From sequence record LC597490.1: a stretch of 64,000 nucleotides of DNA; one strand, written 5' to 3'. Both the position numbers and the translations under genes were made by a program. Positions 47,445 to 56,162 of this stretch are shown piece after piece. Position 1 is the stretch's first letter; each line of letters opens with the position of its first letter. The notes under the pieces are model-generated. The model was not told the DNA's origin and made no database searches. It was given only the letters and a program-made list of their open reading frames with translations.

Positions 47445-47778
47445 ATGTCCAAAATGTGGTGAATCAACAGTAATTGAAGAGAAAGTCGGTTATAGTTATT
47501 TCAATGGTCAGATTCATATTCACGAACATGTTAATGGTCATCGTGATGAAACAAGAAGATTTGCTTGTGGGCAAGCAGTAAGTTATAGTAAAAACTTCCG
47601 TGAAGAAAAACTAGAAACTGCTGGTTATACTTGTTTACGAGACCCTGAGCGTATTGAAAGGGAAAAACAAAAGGTTCAACTCGAAGAAGATGTTCGAGAA
47701 TTTATTAAAGGCTCTGAGCTTCCTGATGATGTAAAACGTTCAGTTGCTGAAAAACTTTATATCAGATTGGAGGATTGA
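47413..47778 (+). CDS. Zn-finger protein
   Basis: MSMLKHVQTNRCPKC..H..RRFACG..C. Confidence 0.78.
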   Translation: MSMLKHVQTNRCPKCGESTVIEEKVGYSYFNGQIHIHEHVNGHRDETRRFACGQAVSYSKNFREEKLETAGYTCLRDPERIEREKQKVQLEEDVREFIKGSELPDDVKRSVAEKLYIRLED

Positions 47779-47780
47779 TT

Positions 47781-48050
47781 ATGCTACAAGTTAAAGACAA
47801 TGTTTGTGTTCTTTCTACTTTAGATGATAGTAATAATGATGCCTGGTTTGTTGCTCCTCGTGGTATCACTGATAGGAATGTTCCTTCTGGGTATAAAGCA
47901 TGGGGCTGGGGAACAATTACTGCTTTTAAAAAGCCTGTTATGATGGATAGCCCAGTAACAAATATTAAATGTATTGAAGTTCAACATTGTTTAGAAGTTG
48001 GTTATGATAAGGAATTATGGGATGAATGTTTGTCTATCCTAAACAAATAA
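47781..48050 (+). CDS. Hypothetical protein
   Basis: Start moved to ATG 47781. Confidence 0.7.
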   Translation: MLQVKDNVCVLSTLDDSNNDAWFVAPRGITDRNVPSGYKAWGWGTITAFKKPVMMDSPVTNIKCIEVQHCLEVGYDKELWDECLSILNK

Positions 48051-48075
48051 AGAATGATAGAATAGGAGGTGCTTT

Positions 48076-48723
48076 ATGTACATACATGTTTACAAGGAAG
48101 ATACATCATCGTTTAATCCTTTTCGAAAAAAGTTTACAAATTCATTGTTGAATATACCTATCGTATTTAAAGAACCTTCTCGTAATCAAAAAATTATTTA
48201 TCCTAATCATAAAGACTTTGAAGATTGTGTTCATAACAATGTCATGCTTGATGCGTTAGGATTTACTGATGATGATTATTATGCGTCAAAAAGTTGGGGT
48301 AAGGAAATTAATCATATCCATGAAGATTGTTTTAGAATCGTTCAGAAGATGGAAATGGTTAAACCTATAATACTCGTTCGAGTGAAACCAAACCGTCATA
48401 AGATTTGGCGTAATTTCATTGGTTTTACTTTACAAGTATTAGTTCCAAGACATGAAATACATTTTGAAAATAATTATGAATTGAATCATTCTTTATTCTT
48501 TAGTGAGTTTGTTGAAAATCAATGTCCACGTAGGGTAGTTGATACTGGTTTTGGTAGCACTCGTACTTTTATAGACCATGAACCATATAAGAGATTAAGA
48601 GCACTTCATAATTACACTGATTATTTGTATTATGTTCCAAAGAAAATTGTTGATATCGTCTCACCAGCTGAGATGTTTCAAAATAAATTAATCGAACAAG
48701 GAAAAGGAGAGGTTTTAATATGA
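48076..48723 (+). CDS. Hypothetical protein
   Basis: 215 aa, AGGAGGT SD. Confidence 0.8.
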   Translation: MYIHVYKEDTSSFNPFRKKFTNSLLNIPIVFKEPSRNQKIIYPNHKDFEDCVHNNVMLDALGFTDDDYYASKSWGKEINHIHEDCFRIVQKMEMVKPIILVRVKPNRHKIWRNFIGFTLQVLVPRHEIHFENNYELNHSLFFSEFVENQCPRRVVDTGFGSTRTFIDHEPYKRLRALHNYTDYLYYVPKKIVDIVSPAEMFQNKLIEQGKGEVLI

Positions 48724-49418
48724 CAATCACAATCAAAATTCAAAAGGTAACAGTTCCAGCTTTAGAAAACTTAACACTTGAGGGCGTTGAGTTACAAATT
48801 GAAAATCCATTAGCTGCTTTAACTGATGGAGGTATTTTCGGCAACATCGAATCTTTAGTGGAAGCAATCATTGAAGATGCAGAAAAAGAAGAGAAAGCTC
48901 CTGGTTTTGCAAATGAGCCTGAAATTGATGTTGATTTCCCTCATGATATTCCAGAAGGATTTCGTAAGTTTCTTGAATCACAAAAAGCTGCTCAAGAATC
49001 AGTAAAGAAAGAATCATCAAAAGCTACAATTCCTTTCCCGTTCGCAGGTAATATTCAACATGGTTTTAATGCATTAGATGGTTTAAATGTTCCTACTCCA
49101 GAGCAAGTACAAAAAGCTCTAGAAGGAATTGGCGGTCTTCCAATTGGCAAGTTAGCATCATTTGGCAATATTGGTAAGCCTGGTAATAAATCATTTGGTG
49201 AAATGTTAGCAGAAGCAGTTGAACAATCTACAAAAGCAAGTAATGAAGGTGGGGGTATTGGTATCCCAGGTCTTGAAGGACTTCAACGATGTGTTATGGT
49301 TGGTCCTAATGGGAAACCTCAAGAAATTAAGCCTGAAGATGCATTCAAAATGATTTCAGAATTGAAAGCATTGGGTGCAGTTCCTCATATCACAGCTATT
49401 AAGAAAGGGAATAAGTAA
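48720..49418 (+). CDS. Gly/Pro-rich hypothetical protein
   Basis: 232 aa; ATGA overlap. Confidence 0.8.
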   Translation: MTITIKIQKVTVPALENLTLEGVELQIENPLAALTDGGIFGNIESLVEAIIEDAEKEEKAPGFANEPEIDVDFPHDIPEGFRKFLESQKAAQESVKKESSKATIPFPFAGNIQHGFNALDGLNVPTPEQVQKALEGIGGLPIGKLASFGNIGKPGNKSFGEMLAEAVEQSTKASNEGGGIGIPGLEGLQRCVMVGPNGKPQEIKPEDAFKMISELKALGAVPHITAIKKGNK

Positions 49419-49463
49419 GCGGCTCTTATGAGCTGCTTTTTTCTTATCTAGGGGGATATAACA

Positions 49464-49952
49464 ATGATTAGATTTTATATTTTCAACCATACAACTGTTA
49501 GAAGGAAGACAGAAGCGTTCTTTCAGGAACATGGATTAAAATATGAGGTAAAATCGACAAGGGAAATATCATTCAACTTGTTTTGTGATATGTTAAGTAA
49601 AGCTGTTGATGGAGTAGGAGATATTATTAATCTTAAATCTCCAATTTTTCAAAAGCACAATGTTAACCCAGAAGAACTAACGTTAAGTCAGTTATATGCT
49701 TTTGGAATGCAACACATTGATATCTTTAAGAAGCCAATCATCTTTAATGGTGAATTAACTTATGGTGGTATCACTGAGAATTCATTAAACAGTTTTTTAC
49801 CAAGCAAATCACGTAGACAAACACTCAATCGAATCCTGACTCACATTCGCAAGATTGAAGACAAGAGAGAGGAGGAGAGAATAAGAGAAGAGCTGAAACA
49901 ACTAGAATTGAAACGACAACGAAGAAAGAAAGCGAGTGTGTCTGCAAAATGA
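49464..49952 (+). CDS. Spx/ArsC-family regulator homolog lacking CXXC
   Basis: Colinear with B. subtilis Spx: DGVGDII.LKSPIFQKHNVN.EEL.L.QLY..KKPII..FLP.K.R; CTSC replaced by TTVR. Confidence 0.8.
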   Translation: MIRFYIFNHTTVRRKTEAFFQEHGLKYEVKSTREISFNLFCDMLSKAVDGVGDIINLKSPIFQKHNVNPEELTLSQLYAFGMQHIDIFKKPIIFNGELTYGGITENSLNSFLPSKSRRQTLNRILTHIRKIEDKREEERIREELKQLELKRQRRKKASVSAK

Positions 49953-50051
49953 TGTATTATGGTGTTGTATTATGTTTTACTGGGGCATTTGTTTCCTCAA
50001 CGATCTTTGGTCTTATCGCAAGTCTATTCTCAATTTAAAGGAGAGATTTAA

Positions 50052-50324
50052 ATGTTAACAAAAGTAGAAGCTCCAACTCACAAGCTTGAATTAGATTTAC
50101 CGTTAATTGACAGAACTGTTCAATTAGCGAAACAAACTTGTCCTCATTGTGACAACGTTATCGGTGAAGGAATCTTCATTGATACAATTGATGAAAAAGA
50201 TATGGTGGCAAAAGGTGATATTCATCAATGTCCAAATTGCATTGAGTTTTATGCAGTCATTGATAAGCCAGTATTCCCACAAGGGATTGATACAGTCTGG
50301 ACGAAGGTTAAAGTTAAAAAATAA
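50052..50324 (+). CDS. Zn-ribbon protein
   Basis: CPHC and CPNC. Confidence 0.78.
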   Translation: MLTKVEAPTHKLELDLPLIDRTVQLAKQTCPHCDNVIGEGIFIDTIDEKDMVAKGDIHQCPNCIEFYAVIDKPVFPQGIDTVWTKVKVKK

Positions 50325-50361
50325 AGGGAGTTAAAGGCTCCCTAAGGAAGGAGGGAGCAGG

Positions 50362-50541
50362 ATGAACTTGTTCGCATATCATTTAGTAGAACAGCTAATA
50401 TCAGATTATACAGAACAGAACCCAACGGCATCATTTGATGATGTAAAAGGGCGAGTTCATCAGCATTTTAATATTCATACGTCTCAAGCAGATGATATGA
50501 TTAATGTACTGATTCGTCGAGGGATGAAAAGGGCAGGATAG
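50362..50541 (+). CDS. 59-aa hypothetical protein
   Basis: Hand-read MNLFAYHLVEQL...; AAGGAGG SD. Confidence 0.65.
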   Translation: MNLFAYHLVEQLISDYTEQNPTASFDDVKGRVHQHFNIHTSQADDMINVLIRRGMKRAG

Positions 50542-50636
50542 TTTCCTGTCTAAAGTAGGAAAGAGGGTTGCTTCCCCCGCACCCACACTCCCTTTTTCCT
50601 GCTTTAGAGAAGGAATTATTCTTCTAGGAGGTAATT

Positions 50637-50966
50637 ATGGATACATTATCAGCTAAAAATATTCGTCGTAAGTATTACTTCAAAGGTTTTTGTAGTTATT
50701 ATAAGTCGTTATTATTACCATTATCTTTATTTTGTGTTTTTATTGCTGGTGCTTGTTTTTCATCAGATACAAGTAATTTAGCATTCTATTTTATTGTAAC
50801 TGGTGTTTTATTACTTGTTGGTAGTATCTTTGTTGGATTTCATTTTCATATGGAAGTGAAACCGATGATAGAATTCATCTTTCAGGAAGCAATTGAAGAA
50901 TGGCATCAAGATAATATCAATATGGAATATTCATCGTTACAAAGTAAGTTCAATCGTACATTTTAA
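50637..50966 (+). CDS. Two-TM membrane protein
   Basis: 109 aa, two hydrophobic helices. Confidence 0.78.
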   Translation: MDTLSAKNIRRKYYFKGFCSYYKSLLLPLSLFCVFIAGACFSSDTSNLAFYFIVTGVLLLVGSIFVGFHFHMEVKPMIEFIFQEAIEEWHQDNINMEYSSLQSKFNRTF

Positions 50967-51067
50967 GGAGGTGATAAGCATGACTCGTGAAGAATGGAAT
51001 GAATTCGCAGAACATCTTGCTCACAGCTCTATTCATGAAATTACGGAATTGAAAGGAGATAATTAAT

Positions 51068-51907
51068 ATGTTTACAAAAGGTGCTCAGGTTTATTTCTTA
51101 GAACTTGCGGAAGGTGCGAGTTCTTTTAATTTTATGATGCCTTATGAAGATGCTCAGGATGTTGTTAACTTTATTCAAGCAACTCCACGTATTTCAATCA
51201 AGAATCATGGTGAAGGTATTGCTCAAGAAAAATTAGAATTACAAAATGTTTCTTTACGTGATATGGAAAATCTTGATTTACCTACAGATGAAGCATGGAA
51301 GGTTAATTTCCAAGGTGCTCATCCAATCATGGTTGATGGTACTTGTCGTTATTCTTCTAAACTTATTCAATTAGCGAAAGGAGAGATAGAAGAAGAAGTG
51401 GTAGTCGCACAATCAGAAGCAATTGTTGAACAAGTTGTACAAGCAGACCCGAAACAATCTGCTAAAGATGCATTTAAAGCAAAACTTGCTCAAACGCAAG
51501 AAAAACCAATTGTTACACAATCAGTGGTTCAAGTAGGACCAGGACCAGGACCAGTCGTTGGTCAAGCGCCAATGGTTACAGCAGGGCCAGCTCCTGATCG
51601 TGGTAAAAATCCTGGATTAGAATCTATTCGTCAACAAACGTTACAACAAGCTTCGACTCATGTATCACCACCAGTTGTTGGTAATCCAGTAACAGTTGGT
51701 TCAGCTGTTCAAGTTCCAATGACTAGACAGGTTTCTAGTCAAATTAAGAAAGATGTTTTTAATCCAGTTCCTACTCAACAAAAGAGTAAGATGGAAAGAA
51801 TTTATGATTTATTATTATCTCAACAACAAGACAATCAAGAATTGTTAGCTGAAGTTAAGCAATTACGAGCTGAAGTTCAACAATTAACACAAGCTTTATA
51901 TCAATAG
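51068..51907 (+). CDS. Hypothetical protein with a Pro/Gln/Val-rich linker and C-terminal coiled coil
   Basis: 279 aa. Confidence 0.8.
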   Translation: MFTKGAQVYFLELAEGASSFNFMMPYEDAQDVVNFIQATPRISIKNHGEGIAQEKLELQNVSLRDMENLDLPTDEAWKVNFQGAHPIMVDGTCRYSSKLIQLAKGEIEEEVVVAQSEAIVEQVVQADPKQSAKDAFKAKLAQTQEKPIVTQSVVQVGPGPGPVVGQAPMVTAGPAPDRGKNPGLESIRQQTLQQASTHVSPPVVGNPVTVGSAVQVPMTRQVSSQIKKDVFNPVPTQQKSKMERIYDLLLSQQQDNQELLAEVKQLRAEVQQLTQALYQ

Positions 51908-51933
51908 GCGGGAGCAATCCCGTCTTCTTTTTA
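51906..51933 (+). terminator. Intrinsic terminator
   Basis: AGGCGGGA-GCAA-TCCCGTCT plus T-rich tail. Confidence 0.8.
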
Positions 51934-51961
51934 AATTTTAGTAAATTTTTCTAAATATTTT

Positions 51962-51990
51962 TTTACTTTCTACAGCTTTTTTCTTATAAT
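51962..51990 (+). promoter_or_regulatory. Sigma-A-type promoter with AT-rich UP element
   Basis: TTTACT-N17-TATAAT, upstream of the gene run leading to the Ub-like operon. Confidence 0.75.
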
Positions 51991-52050
51991 AGTAATGGGA
52001 TATAGGAAAAAGGTTGTTAGAGTAAAAAAAATTAAACAAACGAAGGAGAG

Positions 52051-53526
52051 ATGGAAGTGGCAAAATTAGTAGGTATCGCTCGTGTTTTAAAAGGTGCTCG
52101 TTTTAAATGGTCTGGGGAGGATTTTGAAGTAGTAGTAGCAGGTTCAAACCCAGTCGTTAAAACAAATCTTCATGGTGAGGATGTAGAAGTTGGCAATCTT
52201 TCTACTTTTATTACAGAAGATGTTGCTGATGTAAAAGTAATTGTTGGTGACGCATTCGTTAAGCCTGAAGCACCTTCACACGAATCAACTATCAAGGAAA
52301 AATTAAAAGCTAAAGCTCGTTCGAAGCAATCATCAGTTTCAATTGATGCATCTGGTATTCATATCAATGCTAGTGCAATCTCAACGCCTGTTACTGCTAA
52401 ACAGCAATTACGTACTGACACCAAAGTAGGTAAGCTTGCATCAGAAGTTGGCAAGATTAAATTAGGTTCTGGTTTAGTAAAAGGTCGCTTAGATTCAATT
52501 GAAAATGCAGCTTATGATGCAAAATCAATTGCTGAAGAGTCTCAACGTACAGCTGGCTTCTCAGCTAAAGTATCTAAGGAAGCATCTCGCATCCAAGATG
52601 AAAAACTAGCTGAAGTATCTCGTCGTGTTGGAAAATTAGAAGTTAAAAATGAACTTACAAAAACTAAGGAGGAAAATTCAATGAACTTACAACAAAAATT
52701 CGCTCAAAAATCTCAAGAGGTAGCTAACCGTAATAACTTACAGGAGAAATTCGCTGCAAAATCGGCTTCAAAACAAAAAGGTTTCGGTTCAATCGTTAAC
52801 AACTTCAAAGGTTTATTCGGTAAAGTGGAAGGTTTATTTGCATTCTCACCACTTACAGGTGGTTTAGCTGTTAAGAAGAAAGATGGCGGTTTAGTAGCTT
52901 ATAAAGATGGTGGTTTAACTGATGTTTCTGGTTTATCTTTAGACTTCAATGTACCAGCATTCAAGTTACCAGTAGCAGCAAAAGATGTAAAAGCTGGAGA
53001 CGTTGTTCTTCATAACGGTGAAGCAGCTTACGTTATCGGAGTTAACGATGACTACTTAGAAACTATCGTACCAGAGAAAGCTTCTAAAGGTTCTGTATTA
53101 CCTGTTAAGAATATCTTATTCGGTCAATCATTCTATGTTGTTGTTAAAACATTAGATTCAGCTGGTAACGGTGGTTTCGACCCAATGTTACTTCTTGCAT
53201 TAGGTGATGGTAACAAAGACGACTTACTTCCACTTCTTTTAATGGGTGGAGGTTTAGGCGGTAACGGTCAAGCAGGTGCAATCGACCCAATGACTTTAAT
53301 GTTACTTCAAGATAAAACTGATGACTTATTACCACTTATCTTAATGCAACAAGGTGGTTTAGCAGGTCAAGGTTTTAATCCATTATTCTTCTTACTAGGA
53401 GAAGATAAAGGTTCAAAATCTGATTTACTTCCATTACTTCTTATGCAACAAGGTGGCGGTCTTTTCGGACAAGCAGCACCAGCTCCAGCTGCACCAGCAG
53501 TAGAAGTTAAAAAAGATCAAAAGTAA
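52051..53526 (+). CDS. 491-aa protein with C-terminal DLLPLLLM/GG repeats
   Basis: C-terminal half paralogous to 53665-54477; in-frame internal AAGGAGG + ATG at 52681. Confidence 0.82.
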   Translation: MEVAKLVGIARVLKGARFKWSGEDFEVVVAGSNPVVKTNLHGEDVEVGNLSTFITEDVADVKVIVGDAFVKPEAPSHESTIKEKLKAKARSKQSSVSIDASGIHINASAISTPVTAKQQLRTDTKVGKLASEVGKIKLGSGLVKGRLDSIENAAYDAKSIAEESQRTAGFSAKVSKEASRIQDEKLAEVSRRVGKLEVKNELTKTKEENSMNLQQKFAQKSQEVANRNNLQEKFAAKSASKQKGFGSIVNNFKGLFGKVEGLFAFSPLTGGLAVKKKDGGLVAYKDGGLTDVSGLSLDFNVPAFKLPVAAKDVKAGDVVLHNGEAAYVIGVNDDYLETIVPEKASKGSVLPVKNILFGQSFYVVVKTLDSAGNGGFDPMLLLALGDGNKDDLLPLLLMGGGLGGNGQAGAIDPMTLMLLQDKTDDLLPLILMQQGGLAGQGFNPLFFLLGEDKGSKSDLLPLLLMQQGGGLFGQAAPAPAAPAVEVKKDQK

Positions 53527-53552
53527 TTAACAATAAAAAAATGATGAGATGT

Positions 53553-53584
53553 AAAAGAGGGGTGTAACCCATCCCTCTTTTTTA
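53553..53584 (+). terminator. Intrinsic terminator
   Basis: AAAAGAGGG/CCCTCTTTT stem plus T-run. Confidence 0.75.
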
Positions 53585-53664
53585 TAATTTGTTTCATAAG
53601 TTCTTTTATAAAATATAGAAGGACTTACAAACAAATTATAGGAAAATAGAGGAGGAAGTTTATT

Positions 53665-54477
53665 ATGAAAAACTTATTCGCAGGTGTTAAAGGTCAATTT
53701 GGAAAGGTAGAGAACGTATTTGCATTTTCACCAGTAACAGGTGGTCTAGCAGTTAAAGTAGGTAACGGTCAGTTTGTTGCATTCCAAGATGGTCAATTAG
53801 TAGATGTACAAGGCTTAACTCTTGATTTTAAAGTTCCAGCGTTCAAATTACCAGTTGTTGCTTCTGAAGTTCAAGCAGGTGATATCGTATTAAATGGCGC
53901 TGAATATTTATATGTAACAGGTGTTTCTGATAACTACGTAGAAGCTGTATCTCCAGCTCGTCGTGAAAAAGTAAATGTGTTACCAACTACAAATCTATTC
54001 TTTGGTAAACCATTCTTCACTGTTGTTCGTACTATGGACGGAGCAGGTGCTGGTTTTGACCCAACAATGCTTTTATTAATGTCTGATGGTGGAAACAAAG
54101 AAGATTTACTTCCATTCTTACTTATGTCAGGTGGTTTAGGTGGCGCTCAAGCTGCTGGTCAAATCAATCCAATGATGCTTATGGCACTTCAGGATTCAAC
54201 TGACGACTTATTACCTCTTCTACTTATGCAACAAGGTGGCGCAATGGGTGAAGGTTTCAATCCATTAATGTTACTTGCAATGGGTGAAGGTAAAGGCGGT
54301 AAGTTAAATGATTTACTTCCACTTATGATGATGCAAGGTGGAGGCGCTGCTGGTGCAATGAACCCAATGATGATGATGATGCTTATGGGCGACGGTAAAG
54401 GTGGCGACATGAAAGACATCATGATGATGCAAGCATTATCTGGTGGCAATGGCTTCAACTTATTCGGAGCTAAGTAA
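53665..54477 (+). CDS. 270-aa protein with DLLPLLLM and NPMMMM repeats
   Basis: Paralog of the C-terminal half of 52051. Confidence 0.82.
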   Translation: MKNLFAGVKGQFGKVENVFAFSPVTGGLAVKVGNGQFVAFQDGQLVDVQGLTLDFKVPAFKLPVVASEVQAGDIVLNGAEYLYVTGVSDNYVEAVSPARREKVNVLPTTNLFFGKPFFTVVRTMDGAGAGFDPTMLLLMSDGGNKEDLLPFLLMSGGLGGAQAAGQINPMMLMALQDSTDDLLPLLLMQQGGAMGEGFNPLMLLAMGEGKGGKLNDLLPLMMMQGGGAAGAMNPMMMMMLMGDGKGGDMKDIMMMQALSGGNGFNLFGAK

Positions 54478-54683
54478 TGAATTTCGGTAATATGAGTCCT
54501 AAAGAGTTACGAGCTATGGCGAGACAGTTGAATGCCATGGCTCAAGCTCTTGAGTTGGCTCAGGACCCAGCGAAGTTCATGCAAAAGAAAGTTCGTTCAA
54601 AAGTAAATGGTACAAAGCGTAAAATGAAAAACCAAGTTATCAACAGTGTTTTGGGTAGTGCTCTTTCCAAGAAGTCTAAGTAG
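54477..54683 (+). CDS. Basic hypothetical protein
   Basis: 68 aa; TAATG coupling. Confidence 0.72.
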   Translation: MNFGNMSPKELRAMARQLNAMAQALELAQDPAKFMQKKVRSKVNGTKRKMKNQVINSVLGSALSKKSK

Positions 54684-54787
54684 TATTATCATAGATTTTA
54701 AGGAAAGCCATGTAATGGATGTAAGTTCATAGGAACTTTATCATATAAAAAATAAAAAAATTGACAATTGAAAGGGAGTTATTAATT

Positions 54788-55639
54788 ATGCGTAAAGTAG
54801 TATATGGTTCAACAACAGTAGACATCGAGGACAACAACTTAACAGTGGAGGACATTCGTGAAGTAATGTCTGAAACATACCCTGAGTTAGCAAATGCAAC
54901 ACACACTGAGCGTGATGGTGTTATTGAGTTTAAGGTACAGGCGGGCACGAAAGGTGCTCTTCGTGTTGTTAAGTATGGTTCAACTACAATCGACATCGAA
55001 GATGATGCGTTAACTGTTAATGATATCCGTGAAGTTATGTCGGAAACTTACCCTGAATTGGCGAATGCATCTCATACACAAGAGGGTAACGTTATCGAGT
55101 TCAAGGTGCAAGCTGGTACAAAAGGAGCGCTCCGTATTGTAAAATACGGTTCGACTTCTATTGATATCGAGGACGATGCTTTAACAGTCAACGATATCCG
55201 TGAGGTAATGTCTGAGACTTACCCAGAGCTTGCTAACGCTTCTCATACGCAAGAAGGGAACGTTATTGAGTTTAAAGTCCAAGCAGGTACGAAAGGTGCT
55301 CTCCGTGTTGTAAAATACGGAAGCACTTCTATCGACATTGAGGATGATGCATTGACTGTAAATGACATCAGAGAGGTTATGTCAGAAACATATCCTGAGT
55401 TAGCAAACGCTTCTCATACTCAGGAAGGAAATGTCATCGAATTTAAAGTACAAGCTGGTACAAAGGGTGCTTTACGAGTAGTAAAATATGGTTCTACTAC
55501 AATTGATATCGAAGACGACGCACTAACTGTTAACGATATTCGTGAAGTAATGTCAGAAACGTATCCAGAACTAGCAAATGCATCTCATACTCAAGAGGGC
55601 AATGTGATCGAATTTAAAGTGCAAGCAGGAACTAAAGGT
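54788..55639 (+). repeat. Five tandem 171-bp coding repeats
   Basis: Units begin at 54788 (168 bp), 54956, 55127, 55298, 55469; proteins nearly identical, many third positions differ. Confidence 0.95.
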
Positions 55640-55687
55640 GGTCTTGAGTTCTTCAAAGCTATTGCACCAAAATTAAGAAAGAAGTAA
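54788..55687 (+). CDS. Penta-ubiquitin-like precursor (PRTRC protein C-like units ending AGTKG)
   Basis: ATG 54788 after AAAGGGAG; 56 + 4x57 aa repeats with YPEL and AGTKG, plus a 15-aa tail. Confidence 0.88.
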   Translation: MRKVVYGSTTVDIEDNNLTVEDIREVMSETYPELANATHTERDGVIEFKVQAGTKGALRVVKYGSTTIDIEDDALTVNDIREVMSETYPELANASHTQEGNVIEFKVQAGTKGALRIVKYGSTSIDIEDDALTVNDIREVMSETYPELANASHTQEGNVIEFKVQAGTKGALRVVKYGSTSIDIEDDALTVNDIREVMSETYPELANASHTQEGNVIEFKVQAGTKGALRVVKYGSTTIDIEDDALTVNDIREVMSETYPELANASHTQEGNVIEFKVQAGTKGGLEFFKAIAPKLRKK

Positions 55688-55693
55688 TATGAT

Positions 55694-55727
55694 GGGATGG
55701 AGGCCTTGGGCTTTCATCCCTTTTTTT
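55694..55727 (+). terminator. Intrinsic terminator after the poly-Ubl gene
   Basis: GGGATGGAGGC/GCTTTCATCCC plus T7. Confidence 0.8.
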
Positions 55728-55764
55728 GGTGTAATTAAGTTGTATTTTTAAAGGAGGAATAGAT

Positions 55765-56148
55765 ATGGCTGAAGACAGAAGTATGCAAGAAGTATTAGAT
55801 GACATCCTTAGTGTTGCAGAAGGTGAAGAAACTCCAGTACCAGCTGAAGCAGCTATTGAGCAAAATTCATGGGAAAGAGAAGGTTTTGGTGCATTAGAGG
55901 CATTTGTTTGTGAGAGATTAGAAGATTTACCTCACCAACCGATTCTTAGTGCAGATATCAAAACAAAGGTTAATAGAATCATGTCTGCTGAAAAGGTATC
56001 TGATTTAGATGATTTATCGGTGTCTGCATTAGAAGCAACTGTTGAGGAAATGAGACGTCCATTAAACGGTCATTTGAATCGTTTGGATGATTTTGCGCCT
56101 CGTGTAGCTCGTGCAATGCCAATTGAAAGAGAAAGTGACTTTATCTAA
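55765..56148 (+). CDS. Acidic hypothetical protein in the Ub-like cluster
   Basis: 127 aa, AAAGGAGG SD. Confidence 0.8.
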   Translation: MAEDRSMQEVLDDILSVAEGEETPVPAEAAIEQNSWEREGFGALEAFVCERLEDLPHQPILSADIKTKVNRIMSAEKVSDLDDLSVSALEATVEEMRRPLNGHLNRLDDFAPRVARAMPIERESDFI

Positions 56149-56162
56149 AGGAGGGAATTAAT

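Noticed and set aside
54761-54787. TTG start at 54761 for the poly-Ubl gene
   Set aside because: The SD AAAGGGAG lies inside this extension and points to ATG 54788, which is also where repeat 1 begins.
54788-55639. Tandem repeat as a CRISPR array or DNA-level repeat element
   Set aside because: Units are 171 bp, in frame, have no spacers, and are conserved as protein rather than DNA.
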